From IMG/VR virus record IMGVR_UViG_3300023707_000001: a DNA stretch of 44,186 bases; one strand, written 5' to 3'. The notes beneath the pieces were generated by a model, which saw nothing but the letters and a program-made list of their open reading frames with translations, was not told the origin of the DNA and did no database searches. The position numbers and the translations under genes were made by a program. Shown one piece after another: positions 18,214-27,135 of this stretch (positions are counted from its first letter, which is position 1; every line of letters begins with the position of its first letter). The stretch is from a virus (lineage: Duplodnaviria > Heunggongvirae > Uroviricota > Caudoviricetes).

Positions 18214-18751
18214 AAACGCACTCCTCATATAATTTTGTTAAATCTTTTTTCGTACAAATCAAGCTTGTACCATCTACGCGAGCCTCAACGTCCCACACCT
18301 TTAACCACTCCACATATTCAGGAATGTCTTCCTGATAGGCCCAGGAAAGGTCGATAACAACGCTGTCATCTTCCTGTAATGTCCCATGCCATTTGACAAG
18401 GAAAAGCATGAAGTTAGGAGCATAAAGGTAAGAGAATACATTGTGAAGTGATACTGCATGCTCACGTCCACGTTGCATCTTCTTGATGAGTGCAGGCAGA
18501 GCTGTTTTAACCTCACCGGGAACAATGCGTACACCATTTTTAATTGGTTTTACATGCACCCAGCTATTCTCTCGAAGGCTAAACAACACTCGCTGTTTTT
18601 CATACTCAGGGAAGGTTAAGTCCACGCAGTATCCTGGCTTCAATTCGCCACAGAGATAAATCCAGGTTGCCAAAACGGAACGTTTAAATTCACGAGTTTG
18701 CATGTTTCTCTTGGAAGTATCTTCTTTTATTACAAACCTGCGATAAGCCAA
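18116..18751 (-). CDS. Hypothetical protein, possibly a degenerate LAGLIDADG-fold protein
   Basis: TTG start after AAAGGGGTGA; two segments resemble LAGLIDADG_2 helices without acidic residues; 3' end overlaps the recA start by 98 nt. Confidence 0.45.
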   Translation of the reverse strand: MAYRRFVIKEDTSKRNMQTREFKRSVLATWIYLCGELKPGYCVDLTFPEYEKQRVLFSLRENSWVHVKPIKNGVRIVPGEVKTALPALIKKMQRGREHAVSLHNVFSYLYAPNFMLFLVKWHGTLQEDDSVVIDLSWAYQEDIPEYVEWLKVWDVEARVDGTSLICTKKDLTKLYEECVYAKKEDKSYGSTGSNNKKGESGQAPAKPGRPF

Positions 18752-18757
18752 AACAAA

Positions 18758-19105
18758 TCACCCCTTTGTTTTTGGCAAGTTTTCCTTTATGAGTTCTTCG
18801 AACTCTTCAATCATGGCCTCGTATCTTACGATCCGCTGCCTATTTTTTTCTCCACCAGCTTGCTGGAGAACCTGCTGTTGTTGCTTGAGTACACCGATAA
18901 TTCCCTTAAACATCGGAACCAGAACATATGGGTCGCAGTAATGGCTACCCGCCTCTGTTTTTGCGACATTCAACGTTTCATCAACCAGTATACTTGCAAC
19001 AATCTGATTTTTTGCCCGGCCTTCAAACGGGACAACCGATTGGATTGTCCCGATGTAATTGATAAGGCCAGAGCGTATCTGTTCTAAATCATTGGAATAC
19101 ACCAT
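18758..19105 (-). CDS. Hypothetical protein
   Basis: 115-aa ORF after GAGGTG SD. Confidence 0.7.
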   Translation of the reverse strand: MVYSNDLEQIRSGLINYIGTIQSVVPFEGRAKNQIVASILVDETLNVAKTEAGSHYCDPYVLVPMFKGIIGVLKQQQQVLQQAGGEKNRQRIVRYEAMIEEFEELIKENLPKTKG

Positions 19106-19115
19106 TTTTCACCTC

Positions 19116-21602
19116 TTAAGCTGCCGATTCTTCGATGGTTTCAGCTTCCTCGGACGGAGCCAGGGTGATGGATGCAATTTCTGCACCATCTGCCAAGTTA
19201 ATTGCCTTTACTCCGTGTCCGCTACGGCTCTGGGTGCTGATATCCTTGACCGGCGTGCGGATAATCATGTCATTTGTCGTAACAACAAATAAGGTTTCAT
19301 CCTCATCCGCTTTTACAACAGCCATGGCATGTCCGCTCTTTGGCGTCGGTTTGTAGATTGTAATACCCTTACCACCGCGCCCTTTCTTCTGCGGAATGTC
19401 CGTCATACTGCAGCGCTTACAGAGCCCCTTATCCGATACGACAAGCAGGGTATCGTCGCTTGCTGTGGATACGGCAGAGATTATATAATCATCTTCCGTC
19501 TTAAACCGCATAGCGATATTCCCCTTGGCCGTACGGCTGGTAAGCGGAATATTCTCCATCCCCGTATGAACAGCAAAGCCGTTTCGAGAAACCAGAACTA
19601 CACTTCCTTCGCCGGTTGTCAAAATGACACTTGCAAGGCCGTCATCATCATTGAGCGTAATGACCTTTAATCCGTTCTTGCGGATAGTCATATTCTCCAG
19701 ACTGATACGTTTTGCAAGCCCATTCTTCGTAACCATAAGAAGCTGATGGGTTGTATCGCCATGTGCAATCGCAAATACTTTTACAACCTTTTCGCCATCC
19801 TCAAAGGTGACATAGTTATTAAGGTACTTGCCCATAGCTGCCTTAGAGACAATGGGGATGTGGTATGCAGGAACCGTGTAGGCCTTGCCCTTATCCGTAA
19901 CGATAACAATATCGTCCTTGTTGCTCATATAGAGAACTTCTTCGACAAAATCATCTTCGCGGAGCTTAATCCCATTGCCTTTACCACCGCGGCTCTGCTG
20001 GCCGTAATCCTTGGAACGGATTGCCTTGACCATACCGTTGTGCGTGTAGAACATTACAATGTTCTCGTCCTCGATAAGGTCACGGTCATTCACCTCATTG
20101 CACAGCTGTGCAATTTCTGTGCGTCTTGCGTCGCCTTTGAAATAACCTCTGGCAATATAGTTGTCAATATCCTGAACAAAGTCCTGTATCAGTGCGACCT
20201 TATTGCTGAGAAGGTGTTTGCCGGCCAAGATTTTCTTCTTCAGTTCTTCTGCCTCCTCAATCAATGCGTTCACATCAAATGAATTCAAAGAACCAAGCTG
20301 GCGAGCATAAAGACCCTTTGCCTGCGCTTCGGTAAAGTCAAATTTCGACATAAGATTGGTGATGGTTTCCTCACGGTCCTTAGAACCACGAATAACCTTA
20401 ATCACTTCATCAATTCGAGAATTGGCATTGATATACCCCTGCACAAGCTCTAAACGCTTTGCATGCTGTTCCATATCAAAACGGATAACCCGCACTTTAG
20501 ACTGGAGCTGGCTTTTAATGTATAGCTCGATTATCTGTAGCAGAGACAACCCTTCAACCGGGCGGCCGTCCACCAGCATAACCGAATTAATGGAAAAAGT
20601 ACTTTCCATTTTTGTCTGCTTAAAAATGTTATTAAGGACGATGTCGGGATTACCGTTTTTCTTCAATTCGATACAGATTGCGATTTTCCCTTTTTCGGAC
20701 CTATCGACTACGTCTGCCACATTATCCTTAAACACTTTGTCAGCCTCTTCATTATACACCTTTTTCCCAAGGTCTTCAACCAAAGATTTTTTGTTGATAC
20801 CGTATGGGATTTCGGTGAATATGATGGTTGTGCGCCCTCCGGATTCCTTGATTTCGTACTTGCCGCGAATACGAATACTCCCCTTACCTGTTCGGTAAGC
20901 CTTACGGGCTTCTTCCGGATTAACAATTACACCTCCTGTCGGAAAGTCCGGTGCTTTCACGATGTTAATAACATCGTCTAATTTTGGCTGCTCGCCCTTA
21001 ACTACGCAACCAAGCACATGTTTGATTGCTGCAAAAATATCGCCGGCGTAATGAGGCGCCATGGACGACGCCATACCGGTTGCGATACCGGTTGTTCCAC
21101 AGCAGAGAGCATACGGGAAAATTCCGGGCAGGTTTTTTGGTTCTTTTTCGTGCCCATCAAAGTTCGGAACCATATCCACCGCATTCTTGTCAAGCCCTTC
21201 CAGCATGGATTCACCAATTTTGGAGAGCTTGCATTCCGTATATCTCATTGCAGCGGGTGGGTCTCCATCTATGGAGCCACAATTGCCCTGAAACGTAATC
21301 ATCGGATATCTTTTGGTCCAGGGTTCCGCAAGGCCAACTAATGCGTCATAGGCGCTCTGGTCACCATGAGGATTGTATTTACCAATTACATCACCGACTA
21401 CGCGGGCACATTTCTTGGGCACCGCTGAGTTTTTAAGCCCCATCTCATACATAGAATAGAGCGTATATCGTTGTGACGGTTTTAATCCGTCCTGCACCTT
21501 AGCCAAAGCGCGGGAGAGGATAACCTCTTCCGCGTAAGTAAGGTACAAAGATTGAACAAGTTCTTCCGCACGAACATCAACAATTCTGTTATTTTCACTC
21601 AT
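19116..21602 (-). CDS. gyrA: DNA gyrase subunit A
   Basis: QDGLKPSQR, GKYNPHGD, AAMRYTE (catalytic Tyr), PDFPTGG, GyrA-box QSRGGKG, beta-pinwheel repeats, acidic tail. Confidence 0.95.
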   Translation of the reverse strand: MSENNRIVDVRAEELVQSLYLTYAEEVILSRALAKVQDGLKPSQRYTLYSMYEMGLKNSAVPKKCARVVGDVIGKYNPHGDQSAYDALVGLAEPWTKRYPMITFQGNCGSIDGDPPAAMRYTECKLSKIGESMLEGLDKNAVDMVPNFDGHEKEPKNLPGIFPYALCCGTTGIATGMASSMAPHYAGDIFAAIKHVLGCVVKGEQPKLDDVINIVKAPDFPTGGVIVNPEEARKAYRTGKGSIRIRGKYEIKESGGRTTIIFTEIPYGINKKSLVEDLGKKVYNEEADKVFKDNVADVVDRSEKGKIAICIELKKNGNPDIVLNNIFKQTKMESTFSINSVMLVDGRPVEGLSLLQIIELYIKSQLQSKVRVIRFDMEQHAKRLELVQGYINANSRIDEVIKVIRGSKDREETITNLMSKFDFTEAQAKGLYARQLGSLNSFDVNALIEEAEELKKKILAGKHLLSNKVALIQDFVQDIDNYIARGYFKGDARRTEIAQLCNEVNDRDLIEDENIVMFYTHNGMVKAIRSKDYGQQSRGGKGNGIKLREDDFVEEVLYMSNKDDIVIVTDKGKAYTVPAYHIPIVSKAAMGKYLNNYVTFEDGEKVVKVFAIAHGDTTHQLLMVTKNGLAKRISLENMTIRKNGLKVITLNDDDGLASVILTTGEGSVVLVSRNGFAVHTGMENIPLTSRTAKGNIAMRFKTEDDYIISAVSTASDDTLLVVSDKGLCKRCSMTDIPQKKGRGGKGITIYKPTPKSGHAMAVVKADEDETLFVVTTNDMIIRTPVKDISTQSRSGHGVKAINLADGAEIASITLAPSEEAETIEESAA

Positions 21603-21631
21603 TTGTACTACTTTGACTCCCTCTTTTTGAA

Positions 21632-23200
21632 TTATGCGGCAAACGTGGTTGCCATAATCATTTCCTTACGGGGTGCTACGTTTGCTCCAAGGCATGTTTC
21701 GAGCATCTGCTCTGCAACCACGGCATCTTCTACCGTTACACGGCGAAGAATTCGCGTTTCAGGATTCATGCTCGTTTCCCACAGCTGTTCGGCACTCATT
21801 TCGCCCAGCCCCTTAAATCGAGAAATCGTCCAACCATTAAGTTCATCACGAACAGCATTCAATTCTGCAGTGGTATAGAACCAACGGTCCTTTTGGCCCT
21901 TCTTAACCGCTCTGAACAATGGCGGTTGCGGGATATATACATGCCCATGAATAATCAGTAGCGGTGCATGTCTCCAGATATGGCCAATATGCAGGATGAT
22001 AATATGTCCACCATCACTATCTGCATCGGCAAACAACATAATCTGGTCGTAGTTGAGCTTGGACTCATCAAATTCATCATCGATACCACAACCCAGCGCG
22101 GCATAGAAGACGCCAAGCTTGTCATTATCGAGGACTTCTTTTGTACTCATGCCATCTTTAACTGCATTCTTTACCTTACCAAAGATTGGAAGTATTGCCT
22201 GCGTCTCCGGATCGCGCCCCTCTTTTGCAGACCCTGCGGCCGAATCTCCTTCAACTGCCCAAAGCTCAGCTTTGCTTGGGTCTTTTGTATGGCAAATCAC
22301 TAATTTACCAAGCGTTTTGAGTTTAGGATTAGCCGCCTTGCCGTTTTTAACACGCTCTCTGGCCTCTTTCGCCTTAATACGCATCTTGCGGTACAGCAAT
22401 GCTTTCTCCAGAATGACCTCGGCTTCTTTGGGATTCTGCTCAAGATAATCATAGAACACATCCTGCAAGGCATTTGCGATAATGGTTCTTACCTTAGGCA
22501 TATCCAACTTGGTTTTGGACTGCCGGTCAAAAGTGGGCTTTTTATAGCGCACCGCAATAATACCAACAATGCCACGATTCGTATCGTTTAACTCAAAGTC
22601 TTTCTTTTCTTTGATTTTTTTCTTTTCGATACCGTACTTACGGATAGCATCGCAGATGCCCTGAGTAAAGCCCTGAACATGTGTGCCGCCATCTTCGGTG
22701 TCGATAGAATTTACAAAGCTCTTAAGAGACTGATCTTCCCTGGTTGTATACCCAAAGGAGATATCAAACGACAAATCACGCGGCAAATCTTTCGCCGGCA
22801 CGGTTTTATTCAAATGGATTTTGGTTTCTACCGCAAGCTCCTTGCCCTTAAGGAGCTGTTCGAGATATGCCTTCAGGCCATCTGTATAACAGAAACTCTT
22901 TTTTGCTACCTTCCCTTCCGGGTTGATAATTGCCACGTTAACCTTAAGCTCATTGTTAAGGAATGCCATCTGCTGGCACATTTCCATAAGGCTTATCGGA
23001 TTAACTACAATATCATCAAACATGGTCGCATCCAACTTGTAGGTGATGGTTGTACCATGCTCATTTTCACCGCAGGTTCCCACGACTTTCTGGCGCTCTT
23101 TATAGAGGCCCTTTTCGAAAGACACACGATAGACTTTGCCCATTGCACGTACTTCCGAGACGAACAAATCGGACAAAGCGTTCACTACAGATGAACCCAT
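21632..23200 (-). CDS. gyrB: DNA gyrase subunit B exon 3
   Basis: MGSSVVNALS, GGTH, VEGDSAAGS, PIFGKVKN, ADADSDGGHI, RFKGLGEM. Confidence 0.95.
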   Translation of the reverse strand: MGSSVVNALSDLFVSEVRAMGKVYRVSFEKGLYKERQKVVGTCGENEHGTTITYKLDATMFDDIVVNPISLMEMCQQMAFLNNELKVNVAIINPEGKVAKKSFCYTDGLKAYLEQLLKGKELAVETKIHLNKTVPAKDLPRDLSFDISFGYTTREDQSLKSFVNSIDTEDGGTHVQGFTQGICDAIRKYGIEKKKIKEKKDFELNDTNRGIVGIIAVRYKKPTFDRQSKTKLDMPKVRTIIANALQDVFYDYLEQNPKEAEVILEKALLYRKMRIKAKEARERVKNGKAANPKLKTLGKLVICHTKDPSKAELWAVEGDSAAGSAKEGRDPETQAILPIFGKVKNAVKDGMSTKEVLDNDKLGVFYAALGCGIDDEFDESKLNYDQIMLFADADSDGGHIIILHIGHIWRHAPLLIIHGHVYIPQPPLFRAVKKGQKDRWFYTTAELNAVRDELNGWTISRFKGLGEMSAEQLWETSMNPETRILRRVTVEDAVVAEQMLETCLGANVAPRKEMIMATTFAA

Positions 23201-24318
23201 CATTATGTTCACGGAGTTCGCTACTCTCCGCAGCTTTTAAAAGCATCTCTGGCTCTCACCAGAAGTTCAGACTATATCTTCGTTCAAGGATGGCTAGTCC
23301 TATCATCACGCCTTCCATTTTGATTTAAGGGGTTTTCACCCACCCGCTCGGGCCCTACTCCTGTTGGTGCGGTCGAATCCACACCCCAATGGGGATAGTC
23401 GTTGAACCTTTTACTTTAACTTACATATCCTAATTCGGATTCTTTTTGTTTTCTTACTGCAATAGCAAGCTCTAATGCGTTTGGATATTTCTTGGTGGAA
23501 AATTTTTTGGAGTGAACCTTTCCGTCATTTTCCATCCATGATGCCCGGATATATTCCGCACCATTTCTGCCAATCTCTTTTGAGATTCCATTGCACCCAA
23601 ACTTATTAGTTTTTCTTGGCGCAGAATTGCGCTTGTTTATCGAAGTCGTTACAACTCGCAAATTACTAAGTTGGTCATCAAGGCCATTCCTGTTAATGTG
23701 ATCGACAACTTTCTCGACATCTTCTTTCTTAAGCCCTAACAAAAATCTGTGAAGCTTCCCATACTTATCCGATGCGGCATAGTATGTTCTTGAATTTGTC
23801 GGTATCTCTATAAACCATTTTGCTTGTTGTACTTCTTCAATCTTGTCTTTATCAAACAAAACCTTGCATTCTTTCTGTAGCTTTGCGCTCCATACAAGCA
23901 TTTCCGCATGGTCTTCTTTTTCGATAATATAGTTTTGCAGTTTCTTTCTCTTCTCGAGAGACTGTTTAGCAATTTTCTCTGCAATAGTTCCATATTTACT
24001 GATTGTGTAGTTGTATTGTTTACTATCAACACATGTCTGAAAACCTTTTCCCGTTTTCCGTACACATTCTAATTTTGCTGTCACGTTTTCCTCCTTCCTT
24101 TGGAGGTATGTAAGTAAAAGTAACTTGGCTGCGTGGTTGCCCATACTTATCTCTTGCCTTTTTACCGTACCCGGCTAATTACTCCGGCCATCATGTCTGT
24201 CACCAGCATGACTTGGTAGCTAAGAGCTCTTAGGGATTAGAGCCTCCGCCAAGAGGCCATTTTTTCGTTCCCGCAGTTAAAAAGATTTTAGAACGGCATG
24301 GGGTTATGCTGCCTGTTC
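23201..24318 (-). mobile_element. Group I intron gyrB-I2 (1118 nt)
   Basis: P1 AGAACGGU/GCCGUUCU (8 bp, G-U at the splice site); P10 CCCAU/AUGGG; AACUGCGGGAA...ACGCAGCCAAG; AAGGUUCAACGACUA and GAAGAUAUAGUCUG; terminal G. Confidence 0.93.
23416..24084 (-). CDS. Intron-encoded HNH homing endonuclease with AP2-like domain
   Basis: LHRFLL...VDHINRNGLD..SNLR..T.SINKRN followed by AP2-like GISK...RASW...KKFS...LAIAVR; GTG start after AAGGAGG. Confidence 0.88.
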   Translation of the reverse strand: MTAKLECVRKTGKGFQTCVDSKQYNYTISKYGTIAEKIAKQSLEKRKKLQNYIIEKEDHAEMLVWSAKLQKECKVLFDKDKIEEVQQAKWFIEIPTNSRTYYAASDKYGKLHRFLLGLKKEDVEKVVDHINRNGLDDQLSNLRVVTTSINKRNSAPRKTNKFGCNGISKEIGRNGAEYIRASWMENDGKVHSKKFSTKKYPNALELAIAVRKQKESELGYVS

Positions 24319-24369
24319 ACCGTTCTTACCGCCCGTATCCTCTTTGTAGCCATTGTCGCCGGAAAATTT
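24319..24369 (-). CDS. gyrB: gyrB exon 2 (51-nt micro-exon, KFSGDNGYKEDTGGKNG)
   Basis: Fills exactly the gap between LSAGG and MGSSVVNALS; joined protein is 644 aa with a continuous ATP-lid motif. Confidence 0.92.
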
Positions 24370-25911
24370 CAGTATGTTATCGTCAGGCTTTTTATCCTGA
24401 CTTCTATGCCATTACGACATAGCTCGGCGTACCTATTCATGCAATATAAAGTCATGACACGAAGCGGACTCTTGGGAACATTATATTCTCAAACGAGTTT
24501 CAGTTCCTACGCTCTGCCCCTGACTAAGACTTTACTCTTAGCCTTCGGTTCGGATTACGGATGCCTCCGCTTCCCCGCTTAATTCCGCTTTAATTATCTA
24601 CATTCTTCCATGACTGTTGAATGTAGACGGCAAAATTCTAATGCTTTTTCATACTTTCTTGGTAAATAATATTCAGTATCTCCATAAAGCCACTTTAAAA
24701 TCTTATATATTTTTGTTTTATCGACAGTTGTTATATTAAAGATTGCGCCGTTTGAATATGGGGCATCAAAAGTCATACCGACTTCTTGCAGAACTTTCTC
24801 CCTGATATATTTGACCATTTCAAGAGAGGAGCCGATGCCAATTTCCCATCTTCGTCTATATCCTTCTGTATTTCGAGTATAACGTGATACCCATCCATCA
24901 CCATCAAAAAAGCCGCGGATATATGCTTTGACATACTCGTCTGGAATATTGCTTGATGGCTTTTCGTTGGTTTGTTTGTTGGGAAATACATTATGGGACA
25001 TCAGATCATGTTCCATTCCGTGCAACACCATATGTAAGCCACATATTTCATATCTTTTATCTAGTGTCGATAAGTGTTGTTTTCTTTCATATATAGGATG
25101 TGTAGCAGAAAGAGCCTTTTTGAGTCTATGAAGCTGGTCGTAATCCCTAATTGCTAATGCAATAGCTAAAACACTAGAATCGCCATGCATAAATACAGAG
25201 CCATCAGCTGTAATGAATCCTAACCAATATGCTTTTTCTTCAGTATCAATTGCTTTGAAGAATGACTCATTAAGTGTATGCGGCTCATATTTGTAGGTCT
25301 TTACCCCGCCAACGTAGCTCGTCCCCATTTTTGTTTTGACGAGAACATTTTCATGTAACTTTACTCCTGCCTGTTTTAACACCTTATTAAGCACATGCGG
25401 AGTTACATTATATTTTTCCGCACATTCTCTCACGGACATTAACTCATTGGCCTCATATTCCGGAATGGCAGCGCGAGCTTTTTCGCGTTCCTTTTCCCAT
25501 TCATCTGTCTTATCCAAATTTACATTGTGCTCTTTTAGATACTTGTATGCAGTTGTCTTAGATAGGCCAAAGATTTTTGCACATTTTATGGGCGACAGTT
25601 CATTCTTATTTTTCAAATAGAAATTAACAAACTCTTCTCCATCTTTTTTGTGCTTTTTATTTGTCCTTAATTCGTAAACGCCTGCTGCATGCAAGTGTTT
25701 AGTTAAAGTCGCTGCCTTAATTCCGTATCTTTCTGCACAATCCTTTATGAGAATGTCTTTGTCAGTATTAAAACACTTTACTGCTTCTTGAATTTTTTCC
25801 TGAATATATTTATTTGCCATGCGTAGACCTTACCTTTTTTTGTTTATTTTTATCTACGCACGAATTACCAAGCGATGTTCGCATTAACACCGTTCATTAG
25901 AATTTATTTTT
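24370..25911 (-). mobile_element. Group I intron gyrB-I1 (1542 nt)
   Basis: Exon ends GGU and intron ends ACUG. P3 AAGCGGA/UCCGCUU; P7 GCGUA/UACGC. IGS GCCGUC (24626-24631) pairs with GGCGGU; adjacent CAUUAGAAUU pairs with the intron 5' end. Confidence 0.88.
24594..25820 (-). CDS. Intron-encoded double-motif LAGLIDADG endonuclease with N-terminal HTH repeats
   Basis: KAYWLGFITADGSV and YIRGFFDGDGWV motifs; three HTH-like repeats in the first about 150 aa. Confidence 0.9.
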   Translation of the reverse strand: MANKYIQEKIQEAVKCFNTDKDILIKDCAERYGIKAATLTKHLHAAGVYELRTNKKHKKDGEEFVNFYLKNKNELSPIKCAKIFGLSKTTAYKYLKEHNVNLDKTDEWEKEREKARAAIPEYEANELMSVRECAEKYNVTPHVLNKVLKQAGVKLHENVLVKTKMGTSYVGGVKTYKYEPHTLNESFFKAIDTEEKAYWLGFITADGSVFMHGDSSVLAIALAIRDYDQLHRLKKALSATHPIYERKQHLSTLDKRYEICGLHMVLHGMEHDLMSHNVFPNKQTNEKPSSNIPDEYVKAYIRGFFDGDGWVSRYTRNTEGYRRRWEIGIGSSLEMVKYIREKVLQEVGMTFDAPYSNGAIFNITTVDKTKIYKILKWLYGDTEYYLPRKYEKALEFCRLHSTVMEECR

Positions 25912-26226
25912 ACCGCCCGCCGAAAGCACCGTCAAAGCTACTTCCATCTGGGAGTACCCTTCATGCGAAGGGTCATCGCACGGAGCAACAGGAATGCCAC
26001 GGCCGTTATCCTGTACACGGATAACATTGTTGCGCATATCATATGCGACATTGATTGTATCACAGAATCCTGCTTTTGCTTCATCAACCGAGTTTGCCAA
26101 AATCTCGGAGAAGCAGGCAAGCTGGGGATATGCGCCCGAGATATATACATCGGGATTTTCTCTGACCGAATCAGGGAAATTGTTAACCTTAATGGTTGTC
26201 TGGCTGTTCAAATTTGTTACTGCCAT
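25912..26226 (-). CDS. gyrB: gyrB exon 1
   Basis: VRENPDVYI, EILANSVDEA, VQDNGRGIP, LTVLSAGG (GHKL motifs). Confidence 0.93.
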
Positions 26227-26232
26227 TTTTGC

Positions 26233-27024
26233 TTAAGCCACCTTTTCTGTATTGTTACTTATGTTTAATGCAATACCATAACGCATTGCAAATGCCCCTA
26301 CAACGGGAATAAACCCCTTAACCAGCTTTTTATCAGCCGCAATAACATCCAGAACACTGGCCTTTGGATTTTTCTTCTTTAAGTGAGCATAGCGTATAGC
26401 CAGTCTCACTCCAGTATCACGCTCAAATTCAGAATACATTTCATAATAAAGACTACTAAAGTCTTTTGTATTCTTCTTGCGGGCAACCTCTCTTACCGCC
26501 TTATTTGCCGCTTCCCTCCAGTTGAGCGGAGATAACTGGAAGTAACTGTTCACTTGACGCAAAAGAGCCATTACTTCCTGTCGTTCCTGGCGTGAGCGTT
26601 CCTGCTCTTGTCTTACCGCCAGAACCTCATTGCGGATAATCGTAAGGGCTCGTTGGTATTTTTCATCCTGATGAATTGCTGGAGCATTATTTGTTACAGC
26701 CAACGCAGAAGATGTTCCTTTATTGTACTGATAAGTCGGCAATACAACATTGGTTAACCAGTTTTTGAACTGTTTTGCCTTCTCCTTTTTGCTGGCATGA
26801 AGTAACAGGTTGCTTAGTCCTTTTTCGCTGATAAACAAGCGCTGGGTATTGCCCGGCCGTCCAGTTTTTGTAGGAATCCTGCGAACCTCTTCTTTTGCAA
26901 TGTATTTTCGGATTACATCCGATGGGTTTCGGTATCCGATTTCATCACAAACTGCCGTTGCCATAAACCACGGGCGTCCATCAATCGACACCATAGGAAT
27001 ATCAGGATAATTCTGGTTTCTCAT
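26233..27024 (-). CDS. BRO-N domain antirepressor-like protein
   Basis: PWFMATAVCDEIGYRNP...FISEKGLSNLL..SKKEKAKQFKNWL..VLP. Confidence 0.85.
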   Translation of the reverse strand: MRNQNYPDIPMVSIDGRPWFMATAVCDEIGYRNPSDVIRKYIAKEEVRRIPTKTGRPGNTQRLFISEKGLSNLLLHASKKEKAKQFKNWLTNVVLPTYQYNKGTSSALAVTNNAPAIHQDEKYQRALTIIRNEVLAVRQEQERSRQERQEVMALLRQVNSYFQLSPLNWREAANKAVREVARKKNTKDFSSLYYEMYSEFERDTGVRLAIRYAHLKKKNPKASVLDVIAADKKLVKGFIPVVGAFAMRYGIALNISNNTEKVA

Positions 27025-27054
27025 TTCTTCTCCTCACCTTCTTTCACTCCCATA

Positions 27055-27108
27055 CTTGTGGGGCTGACACAGAGGATAAATACTTGTCCTCTCTGCAAGC
27101 CCCACAAG
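27055..27108. other. Long intergenic stem-loop between ssb and the BRO gene
   Basis: 11-bp perfect outer stem CTTGTGGGGCT/AGCCCCACAAG plus an inner AGAGGA/TCCTCT stem. Confidence 0.55.
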
Positions 27109-27135
27109 GGGGCTCATTGTCAAGACAGACAATGA

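Noticed and set aside
23355-23395. tRNA-like hairpin (GGTGTGGATTCGACCGCACC)
   Set aside because: No cloverleaf; it lies between the two P7 strands of gyrB-I2 and is part of the intron.
15909-25911. Inteins, ribosomal bypassing, or permanently split recA/gyrB genes as the explanation for the interruptions
   Set aside because: The inserts contain in-frame stops, lack intein terminal residues, and show group I cores with IGS pairings that restore the frame exactly.
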